64,000 nucleotides of DNA from positions 68,800 through 132,799 of the forward strand of contig CAWHOY010000007.1 of NCBI GenBank assembly GCA_963831155.1, read 5' to 3'. This DNA is from an uncultured Acidimicrobiaceae bacterium. GTDB taxonomy: Bacteria > Actinomycetota > Acidimicrobiia > Acidimicrobiales > Bog-793. Both the position numbers and the translations under genes were made by a program. Shown here one piece after another: positions 46,599 to 55,030 of the stretch (its first letter is position 1; the number at the start of each line of letters is the position of its first letter). The notes under the pieces are model-generated. The model saw nothing but the letters and a program-made list of their open reading frames with translations, ran no database searches and was not told the origin of the DNA.

Positions 46599-46852
46599 AA
46601 CAATGACAATGCCCTTGAGGGTCCACCGCGTCGTTGTTGGTTCTCAATAGCTTCGGGAGCGCTGGAGCGTTTAGCAGTGATGACGACCTCGGCCATCGTC
46701 GGCTGAGCTTCCGGACCCGCACATTGAAAAACGGCACGTCCCGTTCCGAAGCAAGGGTGATTGGCCCGTCTTGAGCGAACAAGGCGGACCACCCGTCACT
46801 CCGATCCGGGACGGCCGTGCCACCCCTCAATCCCGCTTAAAGAAAGGAAGGG
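46599..46852 (+). ncRNA. candidate bridge RNA (IS110 left-end non-coding region), copy B
   Basis: Hairpin CCGTCTTG-AGCGAA-CAAGGCGG lies at 46766-46787. There is long-range pairing between GGCACGTCCCG (46733-46743) and CGGGACGGCCGTGCC (46807-21). A variable block at 46664-46720 differs from copy A. Confidence 0.35.
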
Positions 46853-47899
46853 ATGGCGATGACAATGCTAGAAGCGCCTCGCGTGACCGGTGGTGTCGAC
46901 ACCCACCTCGATGTGCACGTCGCTGCGGCACTCGACCCAGTCGGTGGCCTGCTCGACACGAAGTCGTTCGAGGTCAACCCCGCCGGCTACAAGTCGTTGC
47001 TCGCATGGCTCGAGAGCTTCGGCGAGCTCGGAAAGGTTGGTGTCGAAGGAACCGGTTCTTATGGAGCCGGACTGGCACGGTTTCTTCGCCGACAAGGTGT
47101 CAGTGTCATCGAGGTCGACCGGCCGAACCGAGCTGAACGGCGCCGATCCGGAAAGTCCGATCCCCTCGACGCAGTGGAAGCTGCCCGATCAGCGCTCAGT
47201 GGCCGAGCAAAGAGCCTCCCGAAGTCAAAAGACGGTGCGGTCGAGGCGATCCGCGTCCTCGGTGTCGCCAAGCGCTCGGCACGCCAGGCGCGGGCGAAGG
47301 CTGTCGTCCAGATGCGCCACCTCGTCATCACGGCTCCTGACGAGCTCCGTTCCAGGATGAAGGGCCTGAGTGTCCCCGCCTTGGTCAAAGAGGGAGCAAA
47401 GCTCCGCCCCTCGCGATCGGCCGATCCGGTCACCACCGCGACAAAGGCAGCCATCTCCTCGTTGGCGCACCGGATCCAGGCGCTCGAGTCCGAGCTCGCC
47501 GAACTCGACGAGATGATCACCGCTCATCTCGTTGCGACCGCGCCCGATCTGCTCGCCATGTTCGGAGTCGGTCCCCACACGGCCGCCGCTTTATTGGTGT
47601 GCGCCGGCGACAACCCCGAACGGCTCCACACAGAAGCTTCCTTCGCGCATCTTTGCGGGGTGGCACCGATCCCGGCGTCGTCGGGGAAGACCACGGGTCG
47701 TTTTCGACTCGACACAGGTGGTGATCGTCAAGCGAACAGCGCGCTGTGGCGCATTGTCATGGTGCGCATCGCCCACGACCCAAAGACGACGGCCTACTTC
47801 GAACGCCGCCTGAAAGAGGGTCGAACCAAGCGCGAGGTGATCCGCATCTTGAAGCGCTACGTCGCCCGCGAGGTCTATCGCCATCTACCTCGCGGCTGA
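46853..47899 (+). CDS. IS110-family DEDD transposase/recombinase, copy B
   Basis: 348 aa, colinear with copy A. Many substitutions are scattered throughout, so the two are clearly diverged (I estimate very roughly 80-90 % identity by eye, not computed). Confidence 0.9.
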   Translation: MAMTMLEAPRVTGGVDTHLDVHVAAALDPVGGLLDTKSFEVNPAGYKSLLAWLESFGELGKVGVEGTGSYGAGLARFLRRQGVSVIEVDRPNRAERRRSGKSDPLDAVEAARSALSGRAKSLPKSKDGAVEAIRVLGVAKRSARQARAKAVVQMRHLVITAPDELRSRMKGLSVPALVKEGAKLRPSRSADPVTTATKAAISSLAHRIQALESELAELDEMITAHLVATAPDLLAMFGVGPHTAAALLVCAGDNPERLHTEASFAHLCGVAPIPASSGKTTGRFRLDTGGDRQANSALWRIVMVRIAHDPKTTAYFERRLKEGRTKREVIRILKRYVAREVYRHLPRG

Positions 47900-48262
47900 G
47901 TCCGTGGCCGTGGGTCTGGCTCTGCCCATAACTGTCGCCCGAACGGGCTGACTTTCGCGCGACCCGCCGACCCACGGCCCGGTATTCACTTCTTCGAAAC
48001 GCGTGGCCTCATAAGAGCTTGCCCTCCGACTCGGAGTGGCTCTTCATTGTTCTGCCCGCTCCACTAAAGAAGATCACCAACGGGGCTTGACAACTGATAG
48101 GAGCGTCGCGCGCGAGCATGCGCAACTGATGCGTGGCAGAAGTGCCGATCGGTGGCAGTTCCTCCCGGAGGGGCTGTGCGGAGTTAGACACCTGTCTGAG
48201 CGCTGTGCTCTCCGTCTCAGCGGTGCCGCTGTTCCTATTACCCCAGTTCAGTAGCCATTTAG

Positions 48263-48336
48263 TGGGCGCTGACGGACTCGAACCGCCGACCTGCTCGTTG
48301 TAAGCGAGCTGCTCTAACCACCTGAGCTAAGCGCCC
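48263..48336 (-). tRNA. tRNA-Val (anticodon TAC)
   Basis: The reverse complement folds as a cloverleaf: acceptor GGGCGCT/AGCGCCC, D arm GCTC..GAGC, anticodon arm GCTCG-CTTACAA-CGAGC, T arm GGCGG-TTCGAGT-CCGTC. It is 74 nt with no encoded CCA. Confidence 0.9.
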
Positions 48337-48389
48337 TTCGCGCTCATCTTCGCATCGCGGTGATCGTCGCCGCCCGCCCAGCGCGCGCC

Positions 48390-49025
48390 TCAGGGATGTT
48401 CGGAGCCGGGCGTCCCGATCGCGTAAACCTCGACCGATCCCCCACAGACCGAGATCGCAATAGCGGTCGAGAGCACTTGATCCGTGGCAGGGAGCACGAC
48501 GCCCGCCGACGCGACCGTCGAACAGCCCAACCCGCCAACAGGGACGTCGTGATAGACGACGATGAATTGCGCGTCCTTGCCCGTCGCGACCGACACCGTC
48601 GTCGCCGCCGGACCGGAGTCGACATCGGTGATCGAAAGACGTGGGCCTGTGGTCGTGGTCCCAGTCTTCGCCGGCCCGTAGAAGGTCACCGAGGGGTACC
48701 CCTCGAGCGAGCAGGAGGCACCGTGGTTCATGAGAGCGAACACCGAGTACGACGTCCCGGCCGCGGTGCCACCGAAGGAGGTCGCGAGAACGATCGCCGT
48801 CGGCGTGCATGCCGGCGGCATCGTCGTCGTCGTTGTTGACGTCGAAGTGCTCGGCGTCGAAGTCGTGGTGGTGGTCGTCGTCGCGTGGCTGTGGTGCTGA
48901 TGGTGCTCTCCAGAAGCTGACGGCGTCGAAGTGCAAGCGGCGAGCGCGACGGCGCCGAGCGCGACGAGAACTACAGCGGACAGCGGACTGCGAGTGCCCG
49001 CGAGGCGAGAACTGCCTGAGCGCAC
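48390..49025 (-). CDS. DUF4232-like lipoprotein with His-rich and Thr-rich linker
   Basis: GTG 49025 lies 5 nt after the gdh stop. It has an LAAC lipobox, HHQHHSH plus poly-T/S, then ...ALMNHGASCSLEGYPSVTF...VVYHDV...C, which resembles DUF4232. Confidence 0.6.
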   Translation of the reverse strand: MRSGSSRLAGTRSPLSAVVLVALGAVALAACTSTPSASGEHHQHHSHATTTTTTTSTPSTSTSTTTTTMPPACTPTAIVLATSFGGTAAGTSYSVFALMNHGASCSLEGYPSVTFYGPAKTGTTTTGPRLSITDVDSGPAATTVSVATGKDAQFIVVYHDVPVGGLGCSTVASAGVVLPATDQVLSTAIAISVCGGSVEVYAIGTPGSEHP

Positions 49026-49030
49026 AGGGA

Positions 49031-50284
49031 TTACGGGAACAGCCCCCGCAGTCGCGTCGTCTCGGCAACGCGGCTGAGGCCGAGCGCGACCGCCGCGCGC
49101 CGGAGCGACACCTTCAACGCTTCGTGTTCGTTCCACGTCGCCTCGAAGGCACGCTCCATCGTCGCGAGATGGCGTTTTGTGAACAGCTCCTTGTCCCATG
49201 CATATCCCTGGCGCGCCTGGGCCCACTCGAAGTACGACGCGACGACGCCGCCAGCGTTCGCCAGAACATCAGGGACGACGACAACCCCGCGCTCTTCGAG
49301 AATCGGGTCGGCCTCCGGCGTCGTCGGGCCGTTGGCCGCCTCAACGAGCACGCGACCCCCGAAGTTTTTTGCAACATCGGCCGTGATCACGCCGTCGAGC
49401 GCCGCAGGGATGACGAGTTCGCATTCGACGGCGAACAGTTCAGCGGGGTCGATAGCGTCGGCGGCCTTGAAGCCGGCGATCGTCCCGTGCTCGGAGAAGT
49501 GGTTCGCCAACTCTTCGGGGTTGAGCCCTTCCTCGCTGTGGATCGCACCACCCACGTCCGCGACCGCGACGACGCGCGCGCCTTCCCGCGCGAGCAGATC
49601 GAGGAGCGGCGCGCCGACTTTCCCGTACCCTTGGATCACCGCGCGCGCTCCGGCGAAGTTCATGCCGAGCTTGTTGAACGTCTGCTTGGCGCACAAAACG
49701 ACGCCGACCGATGTGGCGCCGACGTGTCCGACAATGCCGCCGACCTCGACGGGCTTTCCAGTCACGACACCGGGAACGTTGTTGCCCGCCATCATCGTGA
49801 CGGTGTCCATGATCCACGACATGATCCGTGCATCGGTGTTCACGTCCGGGGCGGGGACGTCGCGATCAGGGCCGAGCAAGCTCGCTATGTCGTACGCATA
49901 GCGGCGCGTGAGCCGCTCGAGTTCACCGTAGGAAAGCGTCGAGGGTTCGACAGTCACTCCCCCCTTTGCCCCGCCGAACGGGATGTCGACGACCGCGCAC
50001 TTGATCGTCATGTCCGCGGCGAGCGCCATCACCTCGAACTGGTCGACGTCGGGGTGGAAGCGGATCCCTCCCTTGCCCGGGCCACGCGCCGTCGAGTGCT
50101 GCACGCGCCAACCCGTGTAGACCTCGATCTCCCCGCTGTCGAGTCGGATCGGGATCGCGACTTCCAAGATGCGCTCGGGCTTGATGATCTGCTCGGTAAG
50201 ACCCTTCTCTACGCCGAGGAGATTCGCCGCGTCTTCGATCCGTCCTCGGATCGACTCCCAGGCCCGCAAACCGACGTTGCTCAT
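49031..50284 (-). CDS. gdh: Glu/Leu/Phe/Val dehydrogenase family, glutamate dehydrogenase-like
   Basis: 417 aa from ATG 50284, with GPGKGGIRFHP, PFGGAKGG and VIQGYGKVG. Confidence 0.9.
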   Translation of the reverse strand: MSNVGLRAWESIRGRIEDAANLLGVEKGLTEQIIKPERILEVAIPIRLDSGEIEVYTGWRVQHSTARGPGKGGIRFHPDVDQFEVMALAADMTIKCAVVDIPFGGAKGGVTVEPSTLSYGELERLTRRYAYDIASLLGPDRDVPAPDVNTDARIMSWIMDTVTMMAGNNVPGVVTGKPVEVGGIVGHVGATSVGVVLCAKQTFNKLGMNFAGARAVIQGYGKVGAPLLDLLAREGARVVAVADVGGAIHSEEGLNPEELANHFSEHGTIAGFKAADAIDPAELFAVECELVIPAALDGVITADVAKNFGGRVLVEAANGPTTPEADPILEERGVVVVPDVLANAGGVVASYFEWAQARQGYAWDKELFTKRHLATMERAFEATWNEHEALKVSLRRAAVALGLSRVAETTRLRGLFP

Positions 50285-50321
50285 CGAATCACCGTTCCTT
50301 CGCCGATCACCACGAAATTCA

Positions 50322-51230
50322 TCATGGGACTGGAGTTCCGACAGGTGCGTCCGCAACGACTCTGCGCTTCGACAGTCGTTCCGCTTCGCGCGACGTCGAG
50401 ATGAGCGGCGACTGCGCGAGGACGAGGAGCGACGAGAACATCAACCCTAGGAAGACTCCCTCCACCACCGCACGCGCGCCTGTCGCGTGCACGTGATCAT
50501 CGAACAACCAGATGCCGATGACGATACTCGACAACGGATTCACGATGAGGAGCGCGGCTTGCGACGCGGCGACCGGACCGGATTCGAGCGCGCGTTGGCT
50601 GATGACAAGACCGGCGAGTCCGCTCGCTGCAACGGCGTACGCCGCGGGGTGGGAGAACACGTACGCGAGTCCCTGTTGCCATTCGTTTGCGACTGTTTTG
50701 ATGAACGTCGCGGTCAGCGCGAAGACGATGCCGGCGCTCGCGCCGTACGCCGCGGCACGAAAAGAACGCGAACCGTGCCGCGCGAAAATGAGCGTGATGA
50801 TGACCGCGGCGCCAGCGGCGGCCAACAACAAGACCCAGTCCTGGAAGTCTGGCTGTCCTGTACCGCGGCGCGAGTAACTCAGCCCGAGGAAAACGCCGAG
50901 TCCGACCGCGGTGCCGATCGTACCGACCCACTCCCGCCAGCCGAGGCGCTGGTGGAACCAGATCCCGAGGATCAAGACGAGAAAGACGATCTCGGTGACC
51001 ATGACCGGCTGAACCGAGGTGAGGTTCCCGAAGGCGAGCGCGACCGCTTGGAGAAGGAAACTAGCGGTCGTCAAGCCCAGTCCGATGAACCAGATCGGCC
51101 GGCGAAGGACGGCTGCCATCAACTTCCTCGTCGTCGCGTTCCCCGACGCCACCGACTCCACTCCGAGGCGCTGGAGCACCGTCGCCGCCGCGTTCGCGAC
51201 GGCGGCGAAGAGGGCGAGCAGGATGGACAC
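50322..51230 (-). CDS. multi-pass membrane protein, DMT (EamA-like) superfamily guess
   Basis: About 302 aa from GTG 51230, with about 9-10 hydrophobic helices. The upstream part of the track ORF overlaps rnhB and is rejected. Confidence 0.5.
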   Translation of the reverse strand: MSILLALFAAVANAAATVLQRLGVESVASGNATTRKLMAAVLRRPIWFIGLGLTTASFLLQAVALAFGNLTSVQPVMVTEIVFLVLILGIWFHQRLGWREWVGTIGTAVGLGVFLGLSYSRRGTGQPDFQDWVLLLAAAGAAVIITLIFARHGSRSFRAAAYGASAGIVFALTATFIKTVANEWQQGLAYVFSHPAAYAVAASGLAGLVISQRALESGPVAASQAALLIVNPLSSIVIGIWLFDDHVHATGARAVVEGVFLGLMFSSLLVLAQSPLISTSREAERLSKRRVVADAPVGTPVP

Positions 51231-51238
51231 CGGGACCG

Positions 51239-51880
51239 TTATACCTGGCGGGGCGTCGACTCGACCACGGCGTCGGTCGAACGGACATTCCAGCTGCGAC
51301 GGTGGATCGGCGACAGGCCGAACTGCCCGACCGCTGAGCGATGCGCGGCCGAGACGTAGCCCTTGTTGTGCTCGAAGCCGTACTTCGGATGCTCGGTCGC
51401 GGCATCGATCATCCACTCATCTCGCGTCACCTTCGCGAGCACCGACGCGGAGGCGACGAGCGCGCACCGCTCGTCACCGTCGATGACACAGCGGGCGTTC
51501 GTATTCGTGTAGTCGATCGGTCCGTCGATGATCACCGCGTCGAATTCGCTGCGCAACCCGGAAAGCGCGCGCTGCGCTGCGAGCACGAGCGCCGCCGTCA
51601 TACCCATCGCGTCGCACTCGAGCGCGGTGACGTGACCGAACGCGTAGGCGCGCACCACGTCGGTGAGCGGACCGTACAGCGATTCGCGTTGTCTCGCCGT
51701 CAGCGCCTTCGAGTCGCGGACACCGTCTGGCAGGCATCGGAGTTCTGTCCGACTGACCGCCACCGCGCCAACGGTCAACGGACCGGCCCACGCCCCCCGT
51801 CCCACTTCGTCCACGCCGACGATGACGCGGCATGCCCCCGACAGCAGTTCCGTCTCGACGTCGACGGTCGGCTCGATCAT
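51239..51880 (-). CDS. rnhB: ribonuclease HII
   Basis: 213 aa with VGVDEVGRGAWAGPLTVGAV, DSKALT and ASVLAKVTRD. There is an ATGA overlap with gpsA. Confidence 0.85.
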   Translation of the reverse strand: MIEPTVDVETELLSGACRVIVGVDEVGRGAWAGPLTVGAVAVSRTELRCLPDGVRDSKALTARQRESLYGPLTDVVRAYAFGHVTALECDAMGMTAALVLAAQRALSGLRSEFDAVIIDGPIDYTNTNARCVIDGDERCALVASASVLAKVTRDEWMIDAATEHPKYGFEHNKGYVSAAHRSAVGQFGLSPIHRRSWNVRSTDAVVESTPRQV

Positions 51881-52890
51881 CGGTCCATCCCGAAGACGAG
51901 CGGGTCGACCTCTGATTTCGGTGCCCGCCGCATCAGGATCGGAATCGCCTCTTGGGGAGAGCGACCACCGTGGCACACCGCGACGACCTGCTCGGCGACG
52001 GGGACCTCGACACCGAGGCGGTTCGCGAGCTCGAGCACTGGGCGGCAGCTCTTCACACCTTCGGCGACCATGCGCGTCGAACCGGTCGCCTCGGCAAGCG
52101 TTCGTCCTTGTCCGAGCGACACGCCCACCGAGAAATTCCGGCTCTTTTGGCTCGTGCACGTCGCGACGAGGTCCCCGAGACCCGCGAGGCCCGCAAAGGT
52201 CGGCGGGTCCCCGCCGAGCGCGACTCCGAGGCGGGTGAGCTCGGCGAGCGAGCGGGTGATGAGCGCGGCGCGGGTGTTGTCTCCGAGACCGAGACCGATC
52301 GCCATTCCGCTCGCGATCGCCATCACGTTCTTCACCACCCCGGCTATCTCACAACCGGTGACGTCAGGGTTCGTGTAGATCCGCAACGTTTCGGTTGCGA
52401 AGAGTTCGCGCACTTCGACCGCCAGTTCTTCGTCGGCGTAGGCGATAACCGAAGCCGTCGGCTGGCCGGCGCAAACCTCTTGGGCGAGATTCGGTCCGGT
52501 GAGCACGCCGACCGGGCATCCCGGCCAGCATTCGCCGACAACCTCGCTCATGCGCGCCATCGTGTGCTCCTCGAGACCCTTTGTGAGGCTGAGCACAGTC
52601 GCGTGCGGGTGGACGAACGGCGATGCCTCGACGAGCACCTGGCGAAGCCCGTGACTCGGAATGGCGAGGACGACTACGTCTACCTCCCGGAGAGCTTCGG
52701 CGAGCGAGGCGGTGGCGCGCAGGGTCGGCGGCACTTCGAAGGATCCGAGGTACGCCGCATTCGTCCGCCGCTCGCGGAGCTCCTCGGCGACCGCCGCGGA
52801 TCTCGCCCAGAGCGTCGTCGAGGTCCGTGGCGCGAGCAGCGCGGCGATCGTCGAACCCCAAGACCCGGCGCCCAGGACCGCAACGGTCAT
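51877..52890 (-). CDS. gpsA: NAD(P)H-dependent glycerol-3-phosphate dehydrogenase
   Basis: MTVAVLGAGSWGSTIAALLA, GPNLAQEV and GVVKNVMAIASG. The alternative start at 52914 adds 8 aa. Confidence 0.9.
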   Translation of the reverse strand: MTVAVLGAGSWGSTIAALLAPRTSTTLWARSAAVAEELRERRTNAAYLGSFEVPPTLRATASLAEALREVDVVVLAIPSHGLRQVLVEASPFVHPHATVLSLTKGLEEHTMARMSEVVGECWPGCPVGVLTGPNLAQEVCAGQPTASVIAYADEELAVEVRELFATETLRIYTNPDVTGCEIAGVVKNVMAIASGMAIGLGLGDNTRAALITRSLAELTRLGVALGGDPPTFAGLAGLGDLVATCTSQKSRNFSVGVSLGQGRTLAEATGSTRMVAEGVKSCRPVLELANRLGVEVPVAEQVVAVCHGGRSPQEAIPILMRRAPKSEVDPLVFGMDR

Positions 52891-53024
52891 CGGTGCGCGG
52901 CGCGAACCGGGCACGGAGAGTTCAGCACCACGGCCACCATACTGAGCCGACCCTGCCTCCTACGGGACTGATCACCGCACCCGCGCCCAGATTGCAGGGC
53001 AAATGACCCTCGTAAGCTGCGCTC

Positions 53025-53633
53025 GTGCGAGCCTTGCTCGTCCCACTGAAATCCTTCGCCCAGGCAAAGGCGCGTCTCGCGTCTTCCCTCGACGAACAGG
53101 CACGCGTCATCCTGATCAAACGGTTCGCGACGCGGGTGCTGCTCGCCGCAGGCGCCCTGCCGGCCTTTATCGTCTGCGACGACGGCGGCGTCGCAGACTG
53201 GTCGATCCGCCATGGCGCGCTGGCCCTCTACGCGCCGGGTCTCGGCCTCAACGGCGCCGTGACCGCCGGAGTCGAGCTTCTCGGCACCCTCGGGTTCGAC
53301 CTCGTCGTCGTGGCGCACGCCGATCTCCCCTTCGTCGAAGGGCTCGACCGCTTCGGCTCGGACGGCGAAGTCACGATCGCCCCCGATCGGCGTGACGACG
53401 GCACGAACGTGATCGCCATGCCGATCGGCGCGCCCTTCCACTTCTCGTATGGCCCGGGATCCTTTTCACGCCACGTGCGCGAAGCCGAACGACTCGGTCT
53501 TCCCTACAGGATCGTGCGTGATCGCAGATTCGCCACCGACGTCGACGTTCCCGACGACCTCGCCGAGCTCGGTCAGATCCCGCTCACCCAGGCCTGCCTC
53601 GGCGTCGAAGGAGACCCCGCAGCGAATGAGTAA
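53025..53633 (+). CDS. cofC: 2-phospho-L-lactate/phosphoenolpyruvate guanylyltransferase (F420 biosynthesis, CofC/FbiD)
   Basis: 202 aa with a GTG start. ALLVPLKSFAQAKARL, VVAHADLP, PDRRDDGTNV, FSYGPGSFSRH and DVDVPDDL fit the family. Confidence 0.7.
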   Translation: MRALLVPLKSFAQAKARLASSLDEQARVILIKRFATRVLLAAGALPAFIVCDDGGVADWSIRHGALALYAPGLGLNGAVTAGVELLGTLGFDLVVVAHADLPFVEGLDRFGSDGEVTIAPDRRDDGTNVIAMPIGAPFHFSYGPGSFSRHVREAERLGLPYRIVRDRRFATDVDVPDDLAELGQIPLTQACLGVEGDPAANE

Positions 53634-54011
53634 GGCATTCCAACCAGCACCGACGTCGGCCCCGCAAGCTTCGCCATCGCCGACATCGGGGCCCCAAGAG
53701 TTCTCGCGCCGCACCCACTGTTCTATAGAGCGCCGTCCTCGCCCCGTCGGCCCGAGGTCCTCGCCTAAGGGCAGGCCGGCGAACGGATCACCTGGAGCAC
53801 ATCGGCGACAGTTTCGGGGAGAAGATCGAAGCCCTGCTTGACCAAGGCAGCCAGCTGCGAACGACGATGGAGATCACCGATGAGCTGGCTTTTCCCGGCG
53901 CGCAGGTCGAGGCCCGCCGGGTGCGCAGCGAGCGCTGGGCAAGACAGAATGGTGAGCGAGCGGGGCGGGCGTTGGCCGAAGCGCTGCTGCGCCACACCCC
54001 GTGAAAGCGCT

Positions 54012-54049
54012 CGTCCCGGGCACCGGCACACAAGCCGGCGCCCGGGACG
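54012..54049 (-). terminator. strong hairpin downstream of the HU gene, candidate intrinsic terminator
   Basis: A 16-nt stem with 15 pairs (CGTCCCGGGCACCGGC / GCCGGCGCCCGGGACG) and a 6-nt loop lies 25 nt after the stop. The U-tract on the minus strand is weak (GCUUUC). Confidence 0.45.
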
Positions 54050-54073
54050 AGGGTGGTGGAGCTGCCGCTTGAA

Positions 54074-55030
54074 CTAAGCGGCGATCCGCGCCAGACGACG
54101 CATCGATGCGCGTGCTGGACGGCGCCTGCTCGGTGCGCGGCGTGACGTTGCTCGTTTCGCCGGGCGCCTGCGGGTCGTCCGCCGCTTCAGCGGAGCAGTG
54201 CGCTTCGCTGGCCGACGCTTCGCTGGGGCCTTCTTCGCCGGGCGACGCTTCGCTGGACGACGCTTCGCCGGCGCCTTCTTGGCGGGACGACGCTTCGCCG
54301 GGCGACGCTTCGCTGGGGCCTTCTTCGCCGGGCGACGCTTCGCTGGGCGACGCTTCGCCGGTGCCTTCTTGGCGCCACGTCGCTTTGCTGGGCGACGCTT
54401 CGCCGGTGCCTTCTTGGCGCCACGTCGCTTTGCTGGGCGACGCTTCGCCGGTGCCTTTTTCGCTGCGCGCTTCTTTGTCGCGCGGCGCTTTGCGGGGGCC
54501 TTGCGGGCCGCACGCTTCTTCGCCGGACGCTTCTTCGCCGCAGCCTTGCGTGTTGCGCGCTTTTTCGCCGGAGCCTTCCTGGCCGCCTTCTTCGGCGCAG
54601 CCTTCCTGGCTGTCCGCCTCTTTGCGGCCTTCTTCGGCGCAGCCTTTTTGGCTGTGCGCTTCTTCGCTGCCTTCCTCGGAGCCGCCTTGCGAGCCCTCTT
54701 CTTCGGCGCAGGTGCCGCTGACGCCGGAGCCGGTGCAGGCATGGGCAGTTCCGCGCTGGCGTTCAGATCCGTCTTCAATTGCGACCCGGGGGTAAAACCA
54801 ATTCCCCGAGACGCTTTGATCGCCACCGTGGCACCAGTTTGCGGGTTACGTCCGCTGCGTGCGGGACGCTGACGCAACTTGAATGTGCCAAAACCGGTGA
54901 TACGGATCGGATCACCCGAACGCACGCTCTTCGTGATCTCATACACGAGAGCGTCGAGCGCGGCCTCCGATTGCTGACGGGTCAGTCCCGAGTCGGCACT
55001 GAGTCTCCCGATCAGTTCGGTTTTATTCAC
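54074..55030 (-). CDS. hupB: HU-family nucleoid protein with about 220-aa Lys/Arg/Ala/Pro-rich C-terminal tail (HupB/MDP1-like)
   Basis: GTG 55030 lies 5 nt after AGGAGG. The HU fold reads VNKTELIGRLS...ITGFGTFKLRQRPARSGRNPQTGATVAIKA. It is followed by PAKKR/PAKRR repeats. Confidence 0.85.
   Translation of the reverse strand: MNKTELIGRLSADSGLTRQQSEAALDALVYEITKSVRSGDPIRITGFGTFKLRQRPARSGRNPQTGATVAIKASRGIGFTPGSQLKTDLNASAELPMPAPAPASAAPAPKKRARKAAPRKAAKKRTAKKAAPKKAAKRRTARKAAPKKAARKAPAKKRATRKAAAKKRPAKKRAARKAPAKRRATKKRAAKKAPAKRRPAKRRGAKKAPAKRRPAKRRGAKKAPAKRRPAKRRPAKKAPAKRRPAKRRPAKKAPAKRRPAKRRPAKKAPAKRRPAKRTAPLKRRTTRRRPAKRATSRRAPSRRRPARASMRRLARIAA
54195..54475 (-). repeat. near-perfect 45-bp coding tandem repeats (AKKAPAKRRPAKRRP units) in the HU tail
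   Basis: GACGCTTCGCCGG.GCCTTCTTGGCG...-type units recur about six times on the plus strand. Confidence 0.75.

Larger units (their letters stand above)
46599..48109 (+). mobile_element. IS110-family insertion sequence, copy B (about 1.51 kb)
   Basis: It is similar to copy A over its full length, including both non-coding ends. It starts about 72 nt after the IS3-2 right end and ends about 150 nt before tRNA-Val. Confidence 0.75.

Noticed and set aside
53765-54031. 88-aa minus-strand ORF between cofC and the HU gene.
   Set aside because: It has no motif or RBS, and it overlaps the strong terminator-like hairpin downstream of the HU gene.
54195-54475. Regular 45-bp repeats that could be mistaken for a CRISPR array or a non-coding satellite.
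   Set aside because: The repeats are contiguous with no unique spacers. They are in frame and encode the PAKRR tail of the HU protein. No cas genes are present.
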